Shown: positions 9,890 through 18,385 of the stretch, piece by piece
Numbering within the stretch: position 1 is the stretch's first letter
Layout: every line of letters starts with the position of its first letter
Source of the DNA: an uncultured Desulfovibrionaceae bacterium
GTDB taxonomy: Bacteria > Desulfobacterota > Desulfovibrionia > Desulfovibrionales > Desulfovibrionaceae
Direction: 5' to 3'
Assembly (NCBI GenBank): GCA_964440345.1
Contig: CAYTSA010000008.1
Location: 1,830 to 65,829 of the forward strand
DNA: 64,000 nucleotides
Notes under the pieces: generated by a model
Databases searched by the model: none
What the model saw: only the letters and a program-made list of their open reading frames with translations
Told to the model about the DNA's origin: nothing
Made by a program: the position numbers and the translations under genes

Positions 9890-10081
9890 ATGACCCATCC
9901 CGCCGTACTGCTGTTTAACGACGAAACTGCCAATATCGCAGCACAATCCAAACATATCCACACTGACGGGCAGACCGCCGGCCAGAAAGACGCCCCCCGC
10001 CAGTATACGCCGGAGACAGGCTGCCCTTCCCAGCCGTGCATCGTGGAGGAAGACTACTATTTAGGCGAGTCGCTTTTTTGA
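9890..10081 (+). CDS. Hypothetical small protein (63 aa)
   Basis: ATG with AGGAG 7 nt upstream. GC-rich third codon positions like neighbouring genes. No recognisable family. Lies in an otherwise gene-free 570-bp gap. Confidence 0.3.
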   Translation: MTHPAVLLFNDETANIAAQSKHIHTDGQTAGQKDAPRQYTPETGCPSQPCIVEEDYYLGESLF

Positions 10082-10100
10082 CGCCGTTTGCCGTAAAAAA

Positions 10101-13100
10101 CTACACTGGCGCCAAATTACACTGAGATTTTGCAGGCAGCCAGGACTTTACTCTGGCGTGCGGGTCCATTTCACGGCCCAGCTGTTGCAACGAAAGGGCC
10201 GCAAAATCCCGTAGCGACAATTCCAGCACGTCCAGTCGGTTCGTCACATCTTCGCAAAACAGTTCGCCCCAACTGGAGGCGTAGACCAGCGTGGCGCGCT
10301 GCGCTTTTTTTGCCTCTCGCGGGGCGGTAAAATTGGCGGCTATGAACACGCGGACCACCTGCTCCCGCTCCAACCCGGCGTCTATGTCTGCGTCAAACAC
10401 TTTTGAGGCCGGAAAAAACTCCCGCAAAGCCTCCAGCATGTCCGTCACGTCTGGCATAGAGACCGGCGATTGCAGCGTGCTGGACCCGCGCAAGGGCATG
10501 TTGGCGTAGTACAACCCGTTGACCGCCAGCCAGGCGAATAGCCGGACGGGGTTCACATCCCGGGCTGCTTCCTCCACAGTGCGGCCTTTTTTGCCGCCTC
10601 CTTTGGTCATTTCCCCTTCGGCAACCCAGGCCACGGAAGCGCCTTGCACGCCCTCGCAGGAAAACTGCAAAGCGGAAAAAACCTCTTTGCGGGAGGTCAG
10701 CAACTGAATGCGCTTGATCTTGTTGGGCGCTTCCTGAAAGGTGCTGAATATTTTGCGGCCCAGCTTGGTCATGTCGTCGCCAGTTATGGCTATGTCGTAC
10801 TGCTTGCCGGCCAGTTGCTTCTGAATGCCGGCGTAAGTAGAAAACATGAACCGGGACAGCCGCTCGCTCAACGCCATCAGCTCGGCAAAACCCGGCAGGT
10901 CCCGGCCATGACGGCGCACGCCGTCCGGGTCCGCCACTGCCGGCGTAAGATTTTTCTCCATGGGCGACTCGCTGTACGGAAAAAAATACTCCACATAGCT
11001 GTCGCCGCGCATCTCAGTGCGGCGGCCCGTGGTCCGGGACAGGGGGTCAAACCCGGTTTTTTGCACAAAGGCCAGCTCCATCAAATCCCGCTCGTCCTTG
11101 CGCTCTGTTGCTTCATAGTGTTCATACAATTCGCGGAACAGCGCAGCGTAAGGGTCCACGTCCCAGACGTCGGCTTCGCCCCGGTACAATCTTTCTTTGA
11201 TTCTGTCGCACAGCAAGTCCCGATTCTCTGGATTGTGCACGTAGCGGTCCATAAGCGCCAGCTTCATGATGGATTTAAATGGAGACTTCAGGGCCTTGAC
11301 AATTTGCCACAGACAGGCGCCAAAAAACTCTTCCGGCGGTATATCGCCCAGATGCCCCAAATCCACCAACTGGGCCGCTTGAGCGCTACGGATCATGGGA
11401 GAGCGGACAACAGTGTGCAGCTGCTTAACGTAGGCTTTCTCGCTCAGCGCCGTAGGCAAGCAATGCCAAGCCGGTATCTTGCCGGCCAGCAGCATGGCCG
11501 TGCGGTAGAATTCCTCTTTAAGCAGCTTGGCCTGGGCCGAGCCCGCAGACTCCTGGCTGGAAAACCCAAAGTCGTTGGCCCGAATTTTATCCAGGTCCAT
11601 CAGAAAAAAATGCGTTTCCAGATTGAACGCTGTGTCCGCCCAATCCTCCAGAGCAGAGAGCTTATCCTGCAGTTCATTAAGCTTGTCATCGGGTATGCGC
11701 TCACGCTCATAACACACCCACAGGTCCAGATCCGACGTCCGGGTCTGGGCTATGGCCCCTGTGGAGCCTATGGAATAGACCGCCTCTATGGGTAAGCCGG
11801 AACGCTTGGCGCTCCAATCCACGTTGTCTGCCCCCAGGTGCTCCTCCAGCAGCATCACTGTCTCATGGTTCGGAGCGTAGCCGGAAATGATGCACTGCAC
11901 TGAGGGAAATACGTAGCTTTCCCCCCGGGAAACGCCTGGTGTTACAGGCGACTCGATAAGAGCGGGCAGCATTTTTAGAAAAGCGGCCTGTTCGCCCAGC
12001 TTCCACATCGTCCAGGCCAGGCGGTCAGCGTTGCGGGCCAGAAACACCCGCCTGCGGGCCGCCGCCTCCTTTTCGCTGAACCAGAGAGAGAGCAGCTTGT
12101 ACATGAAGCGCACGCCCTCGGCTGCGCCCAGCTCTGAGGGCAGGCCTGTTGCCTTGACTCCTTGGGCGGCTGTTTCCAGCTGGTCAAATAAGCTCTCATG
12201 CTCGGCCTGCAGCATCGCCGGGGAGTCGGAATCCAGCAGATGCACGCGCAGGTCGCTGCACGCCACACCGGTGAAACGCGCGCTGGTAACCGAGGAAGAA
12301 TGAATGAACGCTTTTTCAAACCGGGCGTCTTCAAAAGCTGCCCCGTGGCATTGCCACTGCCGCATGGCGCAGTGGGAAAAATTGGCGCTGGTGAAGCCGC
12401 ACCGTTCTACCTCCCAGTGAATCAAGGACGCGCCCCAGAAATCGTTTTCATAGAATTGGGAATCAGCGCACCGCAGATGCTCTGCCCTGGTCCCGGCAAA
12501 ATGGGCGGCGGTCAGTTTGCAGTGGTCAAACCGGACCCGCTTCAAAGCGGCGCCGTTGAACCGGCAATTCGTCAGAACGCACTTTTCGAAAACAACAGAT
12601 TCTAAAACTGAGCCTGTGAATTCCACGTTGCTCAGTTTGCAGCCTGTAAAATGGACGCCTTGCATGGCGCTGCGAGAAAGGTCCAGGTTTACCAGCGCCA
12701 CCTTGACGAACCGGTTCCTCTTGAAAGAGCACCCCGGCAGCGCCCCGTTCTGATACGTTTTTTCCTGCACGTTCTGGCCAGACTGCAGCTTGGTCAGAGC
12801 ATGTACGGCCCCTTCCGGGGCCTCTTCGTGCACGCCCATGGCCTTTTTCACCTGGGTTAAAAAGCCCCCCCCCTCCTTTGTTTCTGTCTTCCGGCTCACA
12901 GCCAGCGACGCCTTGGGCGGTTCGTACTCCGGTTTTCTGGCCAGGGGCGCAAATGCTTCCAGATACTGCTGCAAAGCTGTAACCACGTGCGAGCCGGTCT
13001 GTTCCTTGCTTGCCCGGGCGGCGGCCTTAACGCCGTGGTCCATCCATTCCGGCATGGCCCTGTGCACCATGACCAGCAAAAAAGCTAATGTTTGGGCGTG

Positions 13101-14069
13101 GTCGGTGGCGGGCAGAGACTTTATGTACTGGCTGAACTCCCGGGCGCTGCAGCGCATGAGTCTGGGGTTGACCTGCGGCCGCATAGCTGGAAACCGGGTG
13201 TGTAAAAACCCTGCCGCTGTGACAGCCTGACGAGCGCCCAGCGCCAGCAGGCAATCCAGCGCCGCCAGTTTGACGGCCGGATGCGGCTGCTTGAGAAACA
13301 GAGCCAACTGGCGCACCAGCTTCTGGTCCCCCCGCCGGCCAGTGCGGCCCACGGCTTCCAGCACGGCTATAAGGGATTCAGACCGCAATTCTCCGGCCCG
13401 GCGCAACAGGTCTGCAGCCAGCGAAGCAGACCGCAGCCGGCCGGCTGTTTTGCCCATGTAAGCTATCTGCGTTTCATCCAGGTCCATTTTTAGCAGCTGC
13501 CCCAGCCAGATGCCGAAACGGCCCTTCAACAGCTCGCGCTGCATGGGCAAGGCTGGCTCCTGCCGGCGTTCATCCAACTTTTCCAGGTAGAGCAGAGCCT
13601 CTTCCGGGTCTTCGCTCTGGTATATTTTGGCCAGGTCAAAGGCCCACTGCAAAAACCAGGGCTCCACCTTGCGCGGAGAGCGGAAAAACTGGTCCAACAA
13701 AATAAGCTGCTGATTCGGTTCGTAATTGGAAAGAAAAGCCCCAAGAGCTTCCGCCCGGACCTTGCCTTTGTGCAGATAGCGGCCGGCCAGGTGTTCCCCT
13801 ACTGGCCCAAGCTCCAGTAAAAGGCCGAAACCGGACGAGACAGTGGACTGGTCCTGGGTGTTTTCTATGATGGTGGAGATAGTGTGCGCCAGGTCTGAGG
13901 TGTAGCGCTGGCCCTCCAGCGAGTCCATGTCCTCCCGGGCGAGCAGGGAAAGGGCCTGGTCGATGAGCGGACGCGAGTCAGACGGAATGAACGGAGGCGA
14001 GGTGCGCAGCATTGACCGCACAGACCCGAGCAGCTCATCCAAAGGGGCGTGCATGGGAGAATCGGACAT
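10101..14069 (-). CDS. cyaA: Class I (CyaA-type) adenylate cyclase with N-terminal HEAT-like and pentapeptide-repeat extension
   Basis: 1322 aa. The C-terminal ~600 aa align with E. coli CyaA as I recall it: VYSIGSTGAIAQTRTSDLDLWVCY (Ec: [24 protein letters not shown]), LLKEEFYRTAMLLAGK (Ec: LLLDEFYRTAVRLAGK), EEFFGACLWQIVKALKSPFKSIMKLAL (Ec: [27 protein letters not shown]). Residues ~445-625 are pentapeptide repeats. Residues ~1-440 are helical and HEAT-like. Confidence 0.85.
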   Translation of the reverse strand: MSDSPMHAPLDELLGSVRSMLRTSPPFIPSDSRPLIDQALSLLAREDMDSLEGQRYTSDLAHTISTIIENTQDQSTVSSGFGLLLELGPVGEHLAGRYLHKGKVRAEALGAFLSNYEPNQQLILLDQFFRSPRKVEPWFLQWAFDLAKIYQSEDPEEALLYLEKLDERRQEPALPMQRELLKGRFGIWLGQLLKMDLDETQIAYMGKTAGRLRSASLAADLLRRAGELRSESLIAVLEAVGRTGRRGDQKLVRQLALFLKQPHPAVKLAALDCLLALGARQAVTAAGFLHTRFPAMRPQVNPRLMRCSAREFSQYIKSLPATDHAQTLAFLLVMVHRAMPEWMDHGVKAAARASKEQTGSHVVTALQQYLEAFAPLARKPEYEPPKASLAVSRKTETKEGGGFLTQVKKAMGVHEEAPEGAVHALTKLQSGQNVQEKTYQNGALPGCSFKRNRFVKVALVNLDLSRSAMQGVHFTGCKLSNVEFTGSVLESVVFEKCVLTNCRFNGAALKRVRFDHCKLTAAHFAGTRAEHLRCADSQFYENDFWGASLIHWEVERCGFTSANFSHCAMRQWQCHGAAFEDARFEKAFIHSSSVTSARFTGVACSDLRVHLLDSDSPAMLQAEHESLFDQLETAAQGVKATGLPSELGAAEGVRFMYKLLSLWFSEKEAAARRRVFLARNADRLAWTMWKLGEQAAFLKMLPALIESPVTPGVSRGESYVFPSVQCIISGYAPNHETVMLLEEHLGADNVDWSAKRSGLPIEAVYSIGSTGAIAQTRTSDLDLWVCYERERIPDDKLNELQDKLSALEDWADTAFNLETHFFLMDLDKIRANDFGFSSQESAGSAQAKLLKEEFYRTAMLLAGKIPAWHCLPTALSEKAYVKQLHTVVRSPMIRSAQAAQLVDLGHLGDIPPEEFFGACLWQIVKALKSPFKSIMKLALMDRYVHNPENRDLLCDRIKERLYRGEADVWDVDPYAALFRELYEHYEATERKDERDLMELAFVQKTGFDPLSRTTGRRTEMRGDSYVEYFFPYSESPMEKNLTPAVADPDGVRRHGRDLPGFAELMALSERLSRFMFSTYAGIQKQLAGKQYDIAITGDDMTKLGRKIFSTFQEAPNKIKRIQLLTSRKEVFSALQFSCEGVQGASVAWVAEGEMTKGGGKKGRTVEEAARDVNPVRLFAWLAVNGLYYANMPLRGSSTLQSPVSMPDVTDMLEALREFFPASKVFDADIDAGLEREQVVRVFIAANFTAPREAKKAQRATLVYASSWGELFCEDVTNRLDVLELSLRDFAALSLQQLGREMDPHARVKSWLPAKSQCNLAPV

Positions 14070-14071
14070 GC

Positions 14072-15376
14072 TTAGCCTGCCTCCGACACTGTATCAGCGT
14101 AGTAGTTTATCTGCTTGCTCGGGCTCAGGTACGCAAACATCTCCCGGGAAAGCTCTTCCGGCCGCAGCGTTTTGATAATGTCCAGATTGGTCTCAATGGT
14201 CAGGTCCACAATGAGGGCCTCCTTTTTGGGCACCTCAGGATGGTAGACCAACACGCCAGGCCGGGCCGCCTTTTGCAAGTTGGTGGAGACGACCATGCCG
14301 TACAAACCGTTGGACAGTTGCACCACAGTGCCTGGCGGATAGACGCCCATGTTGCGGATGAAGGCGGAAAGAATTTTCCCGTCCAGCATTTTCTTCATGG
14401 ACGAATACATTTTCTTCAACACGTCGTGGGGCGTCAGGGCCCCGCCGTCTCTGGGGTTGCACAGATTGTCGTAGGCGTTGGTCACGGCCACTATCTTGGC
14501 CAGGGGAGAAATATCGTTTCCTTGAAGTTTTTTCGGAAAGCCCGAGCCGTCAATGTTTTCATGGTGCTGCAGGATGATGTGCCGGGCCTCTGAAGGATAT
14601 GCGGCCATGGATGTTACCAGTTTCACGCCCAAGGCCGGGTGCTGCTTGTAGTACTTTTCCGCCGCCGCCTTGATGGAGAGCACCTTGTTCTCCTTTAGCG
14701 CGCTCATGGGTATGCGGCCCTTGCCAATGTCGTGAAACAAAGCGCCCATGCCCAGGTAATGCATGGTCTTGGAGTCCAGGCCGAACTCCTTGCCCAGAAT
14801 CATCGACAGCACTGTGACGTTCAGGGCGTGCAGGTTCTGCTGCCCCTCTGCCGGTTTGTTGGTCATCAGGTTGATGACAACGTCGCGCTCAGATAAAAAC
14901 GTACCCACCATGGCGTCCACAGCCTGGCCGGCCTCCTCCATGGCGTCCTCGGCCTTGCCTGAGGCCCGGCGCAAAATGGTGGTTATGGACGACACCGTGG
15001 CTTCATACTGTTTCTCGCACCGGGCAAAGCGCTCTTTGCGCTCCTTGTTGCGCTCTATGGTCTCCCGTTTCAGTCCCAACAACTGCCGCGACACCGGGGT
15101 CTTCATCGGCACCTTTTTTTTCTTTTTGGCTTCTTCTTCCTCCAGAGAGGGGGCGGCCTTGCGCTCCAACGGGATGGGCAGAGTGTCGCTCTTGTTCAGC
15201 ACGCAGGTCACGTGGGTGAAGCCGGCTCTTTTAATCTTCTCCACCTGCTTCTGGTTCTTTATCTTAAAGCTGTTGCGCAAAAAGGGAGATTTGGCGCGGC
15301 CTGAGGACTCCAGGCGCACGAAAAGGCCGGGACACAGCTGGTCCACGTGGATGGGATACTCAGAAAAGTTGCTCAT
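14072..15376 (-). CDS. DUF3391 + HD-GYP domain phosphodiesterase
   Basis: 434 aa. DUF3391-like N-terminus (VDQLCPGLFVRLE..SPFL). HD motif HDIGK. HHENIDGSGFP (the GYP motif reads GFP). Its stop lies 3 nt from the cyclase start. Confidence 0.85.
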   Translation of the reverse strand: MSNFSEYPIHVDQLCPGLFVRLESSGRAKSPFLRNSFKIKNQKQVEKIKRAGFTHVTCVLNKSDTLPIPLERKAAPSLEEEEAKKKKKVPMKTPVSRQLLGLKRETIERNKERKERFARCEKQYEATVSSITTILRRASGKAEDAMEEAGQAVDAMVGTFLSERDVVINLMTNKPAEGQQNLHALNVTVLSMILGKEFGLDSKTMHYLGMGALFHDIGKGRIPMSALKENKVLSIKAAAEKYYKQHPALGVKLVTSMAAYPSEARHIILQHHENIDGSGFPKKLQGNDISPLAKIVAVTNAYDNLCNPRDGGALTPHDVLKKMYSSMKKMLDGKILSAFIRNMGVYPPGTVVQLSNGLYGMVVSTNLQKAARPGVLVYHPEVPKKEALIVDLTIETNLDIIKTLRPEELSREMFAYLSPSKQINYYADTVSEAG

Positions 15377-15472
15377 TGCCGCCGCCCGCCCCGCAAAGCA
15401 TTGCTCCGGCGCGCAGGCCTGGAATATTCCATCTGCCTTGCTTAGCCCCTGGTCTTTACGCGTGTCAATGCT

Positions 15473-16516
15473 TCAAGCGCAATTGCAGAGCGGTTCCTGC
15501 ATGCAAAGGCAGTGTATTGCCCCATATCCCAGGATGAGGTCCCCGGCGTACACGCCGTAGGCTGGCCGGCCTGTCAGTTCTGCAAGCAGGCCCAGCGCAC
15601 GACAGTCCGCCGGGTCGTTAAAGGTGGGAACCAACAAGCCAGCGTTGCACACAGCGTAGTTGGCGTAGCTGGCCGGCAGGGGCCAGCCGTCAAAAAACAG
15701 GGGCTGCGGCATGGGCAGGTCCACAATCTCGGCCCGGGAGCCGTCCTCCAGCACGGCGTCCTGCAGCCTCTCCCGGTTTTCCTGCATGGCCCTGTAGTTG
15801 GGGTCGCCGGGATTATCCGGCCTGCATAAGACCAAAGTCCTGGCGTCTACAAAGCGGCAAAAGTCGTCCACGTGGCCATGGGTGTCGTCGCCAGCCACGC
15901 CCCGGCCCAGCCAAATGGCGTTGGAAGCGCCCAGCCACTCTGCAAACAGCGCTTCGTACTGCGCCTTGCCCATGCCCGGGTTGCGCACTTGCACCGCCGG
16001 GTCCAGCAAGCATTCCTCGCTGACGATGATGGTCCCCCGGCCGTTCACCTCTATGGCGCCGCCCTCCAGCACCGCCGGACCGGCCTTCCATTGCGGCCGT
16101 GACAGAGGCAGCCCCAGCCAGCCGGCCGCCCGCTCTGGAATCCGGGCGTCCAAAACCCAGTCAGGATACTTGGCCCAGCCGGTGAAACCAAAACCAACGA
16201 CGGCGCGGCCTGCGGCGGAATCTTCCACCACACAGGGTCCGCTGTCCCGCAGCCAGCCCCTGTTAGTCTCCATGTGCAGAAAATCCACGCCGCCACTATC
16301 CACCCCCGCCCGGGACAGGCAGCGCCGGGCCTCTGTTTCCAAACGCTCGTTCTGCACCAGCAACCGCACCCGCTCACCCTGCAGGATGCGCCGGATGATC
16401 TCCACGTACACCCAGCGGATGGACGCGAATTTTCCGGGCCAGTCCGAGCTTCTGTGCGGCCAGCACAGCCACGTGGCTTCGTGCGGCTCCCACTCTGCAG
16501 GCAGACGACAGGCCAT
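15473..16516 (-). CDS. aguA: Agmatine deiminase (peptidyl-arginine deiminase superfamily)
   Basis: 347 aa. EWEPHEATWLCWPH N-terminal motif and C-terminal catalytic-cysteine motif GAIHCLCMQEP. Confidence 0.85.
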   Translation of the reverse strand: MACRLPAEWEPHEATWLCWPHRSSDWPGKFASIRWVYVEIIRRILQGERVRLLVQNERLETEARRCLSRAGVDSGGVDFLHMETNRGWLRDSGPCVVEDSAAGRAVVGFGFTGWAKYPDWVLDARIPERAAGWLGLPLSRPQWKAGPAVLEGGAIEVNGRGTIIVSEECLLDPAVQVRNPGMGKAQYEALFAEWLGASNAIWLGRGVAGDDTHGHVDDFCRFVDARTLVLCRPDNPGDPNYRAMQENRERLQDAVLEDGSRAEIVDLPMPQPLFFDGWPLPASYANYAVCNAGLLVPTFNDPADCRALGLLAELTGRPAYGVYAGDLILGYGAIHCLCMQEPLCNCA

Positions 16517-16525
16517 GAAAACGCT

Positions 16526-17623
16526 CTATCCTTTGCGCTTGCGCAGCCGCTGGTCCAAACCCTTAACAAGCAAGGGCCAGGCAATGGTGGCGTCACTGTG
16601 CACCTCGGCGTAACGTCCGCCCTGCTCCGGCGGGGCGAATTTGCCCCAGCTCACGCCTTCAGAATAGGTGCAACCCGAAAGGCCGCCCCAGTGCACGGGC
16701 TCAGGACATACTCGCACGCCGTACGTAAAACGCCGAGCCGGCAAATCCATCTTAGGAACCCGCTGGGAGGCAATCTCCACAAACGGTCCCACCTGCTGCG
16801 CCCAGTTGCGGGGCACGCCGCCGCCTATGGTAAAAATGCCCATTTTTTTCGCCTTCAGGCAGCGCTGCGTGTAGCTGTAAAGGTCAAGAAAAGGGTTGAA
16901 CTGAAACGGCAACTGCGACGGTTCCACTCCTTCAGTCATCAGCTGTGCATTGGCGCGCATCATGTGCGTGGCCACGTCCAGCGCCAGCTCCGAATCCGTA
17001 AACGCCGGGATGTAGACCGGCACGCCCTGGCGGTAGGCGGATTTCAGCACGCCAACGCCTTCGTAGTGCGCGTCCAAATGCTTGCCAATGGCCTGGCACA
17101 AAGACTCCGAGCACATGAAAGGCTCGCCTTCCAGCTCGTCCAGAACGCGGCTGAGCACCTCCTCGGCCTGGGTAAAGTTCGACTCCGGCTCCAGGGTGTC
17201 GTAAACCCTGTTGTACCCCTTGGAAAACAGCGCCTTGTCGTCCATGCGGCCGAATTCGTACTTGTAGTGCTTCAGGCCTATGGACTCTACGAAACCGTGC
17301 GCCATAAGCGCGCCTGTGGAAATGACCACGTCCACCCAGCCGGCGTCGATCATCTTGCACAAGACGCCGGTCATCTTGGCCACAGTCATGGCGCCGGACA
17401 AGGTGGCGACCACCATGCAGTCTTCGTCCGTGACCATGGCCTCCAGCACGTCCAGCGCCTCGCCCAGGTTCCGGCCGCCAAAGGCCGTCCGAGACATGGC
17501 GGAGAGCATGTCGTCAATGTCTTCCAGGGCGTCCGGGTCCAGGGTCTGCAGTGGTGTCAACCCGTCCTTTTCGGCGTTTCCCAGCTCCTCCAGAGAACGC
17601 ATTCCGTTCTTGGCGTGTTCCAT
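16526..17623 (-). CDS. Deoxyhypusine synthase family protein (bacterial homospermidine-synthase-like)
   Basis: 365 aa. Typical DHS-family pattern (TLSGAMTVAKM, VISTGALMAHG, IPAFTDSELALD, GGGVPRNW). Confidence 0.8.
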   Translation of the reverse strand: MEHAKNGMRSLEELGNAEKDGLTPLQTLDPDALEDIDDMLSAMSRTAFGGRNLGEALDVLEAMVTDEDCMVVATLSGAMTVAKMTGVLCKMIDAGWVDVVISTGALMAHGFVESIGLKHYKYEFGRMDDKALFSKGYNRVYDTLEPESNFTQAEEVLSRVLDELEGEPFMCSESLCQAIGKHLDAHYEGVGVLKSAYRQGVPVYIPAFTDSELALDVATHMMRANAQLMTEGVEPSQLPFQFNPFLDLYSYTQRCLKAKKMGIFTIGGGVPRNWAQQVGPFVEIASQRVPKMDLPARRFTYGVRVCPEPVHWGGLSGCTYSEGVSWGKFAPPEQGGRYAEVHSDATIAWPLLVKGLDQRLRKRKG

Positions 17624-17636
17624 GTCGCTCCTTAGG

Positions 17637-18188
17637 TTACGGCAGCAATACGGCCACCGCCAGGGTTGTTGTCCACATGCCCCCCTGTCCGTTGGTTACG
17701 CAGGTCTTGGACAAAGAGTCAATTATCTTCCCGGACATCATGTAGATATTGCGGCGCTCGTCATAATCGTGCTCGGGGTCGAAATCGATGCCCAGCGTGG
17801 TGGCCAGCATGGTGGAGGCCAGATCCTCGGCAAAGTCTCCCATTTCTTTCTCATCCTGGCCGAAACCGGTGTGCTCGGAAATGTAGCCGTACTGGTTCTT
17901 GTCCGCTGGAAAGGCCATGCCAACGGCGGAGCCCACCAGCCGGCCCTTCTCGTCGGTGGCGTTGCGGGCCATAACGCAAAAGGTGATCTGCCCGGGGCAC
18001 AGATGTTTCACGCCCTCGTCAACTTCCAGAATTTCAGCCTGAGGCGGCAAAATGGACGACACGTACACCAGATTCTGCTTCTCTATTTTTGCTTCGCGCA
18101 GAGCCAGCTCAAAAGACTGCAGCTTGTTCTTGTGCCGGCCAATGCCGCGTGTGAAAAACACTTTTTTGGGGACAAACGTGCATTGCAT
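17637..18188 (-). CDS. pdaD: Pyruvoyl-dependent arginine decarboxylase
   Basis: 183 aa from ATG 18188 ([17 protein letters not shown]). Ser-Ser self-cleavage site context VYVSSILPP. The ORF track extends to 18248. Confidence 0.8.
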   Translation of the reverse strand: MQCTFVPKKVFFTRGIGRHKNKLQSFELALREAKIEKQNLVYVSSILPPQAEILEVDEGVKHLCPGQITFCVMARNATDEKGRLVGSAVGMAFPADKNQYGYISEHTGFGQDEKEMGDFAEDLASTMLATTLGIDFDPEHDYDERRNIYMMSGKIIDSLSKTCVTNGQGGMWTTTLAVAVLLP

Positions 18189-18385
18189 GGTCAGGGTTAC
18201 CTCCTTGAGCGGCCTAAAGGGTATATAGTTCACGTCAACATGATCCAAATGCGACGCTTTGTAACATGCTGCGCGTCATGTCAAGCGTTCATGCTGGGGC
18301 CAGGTCTCTGGAAGGCGATTTCTTTTTTAAAAATCCGCTGCAGCCTCTTGCTTCCTTTGAAGAATAGCCGCGCCATTCAAATCTG

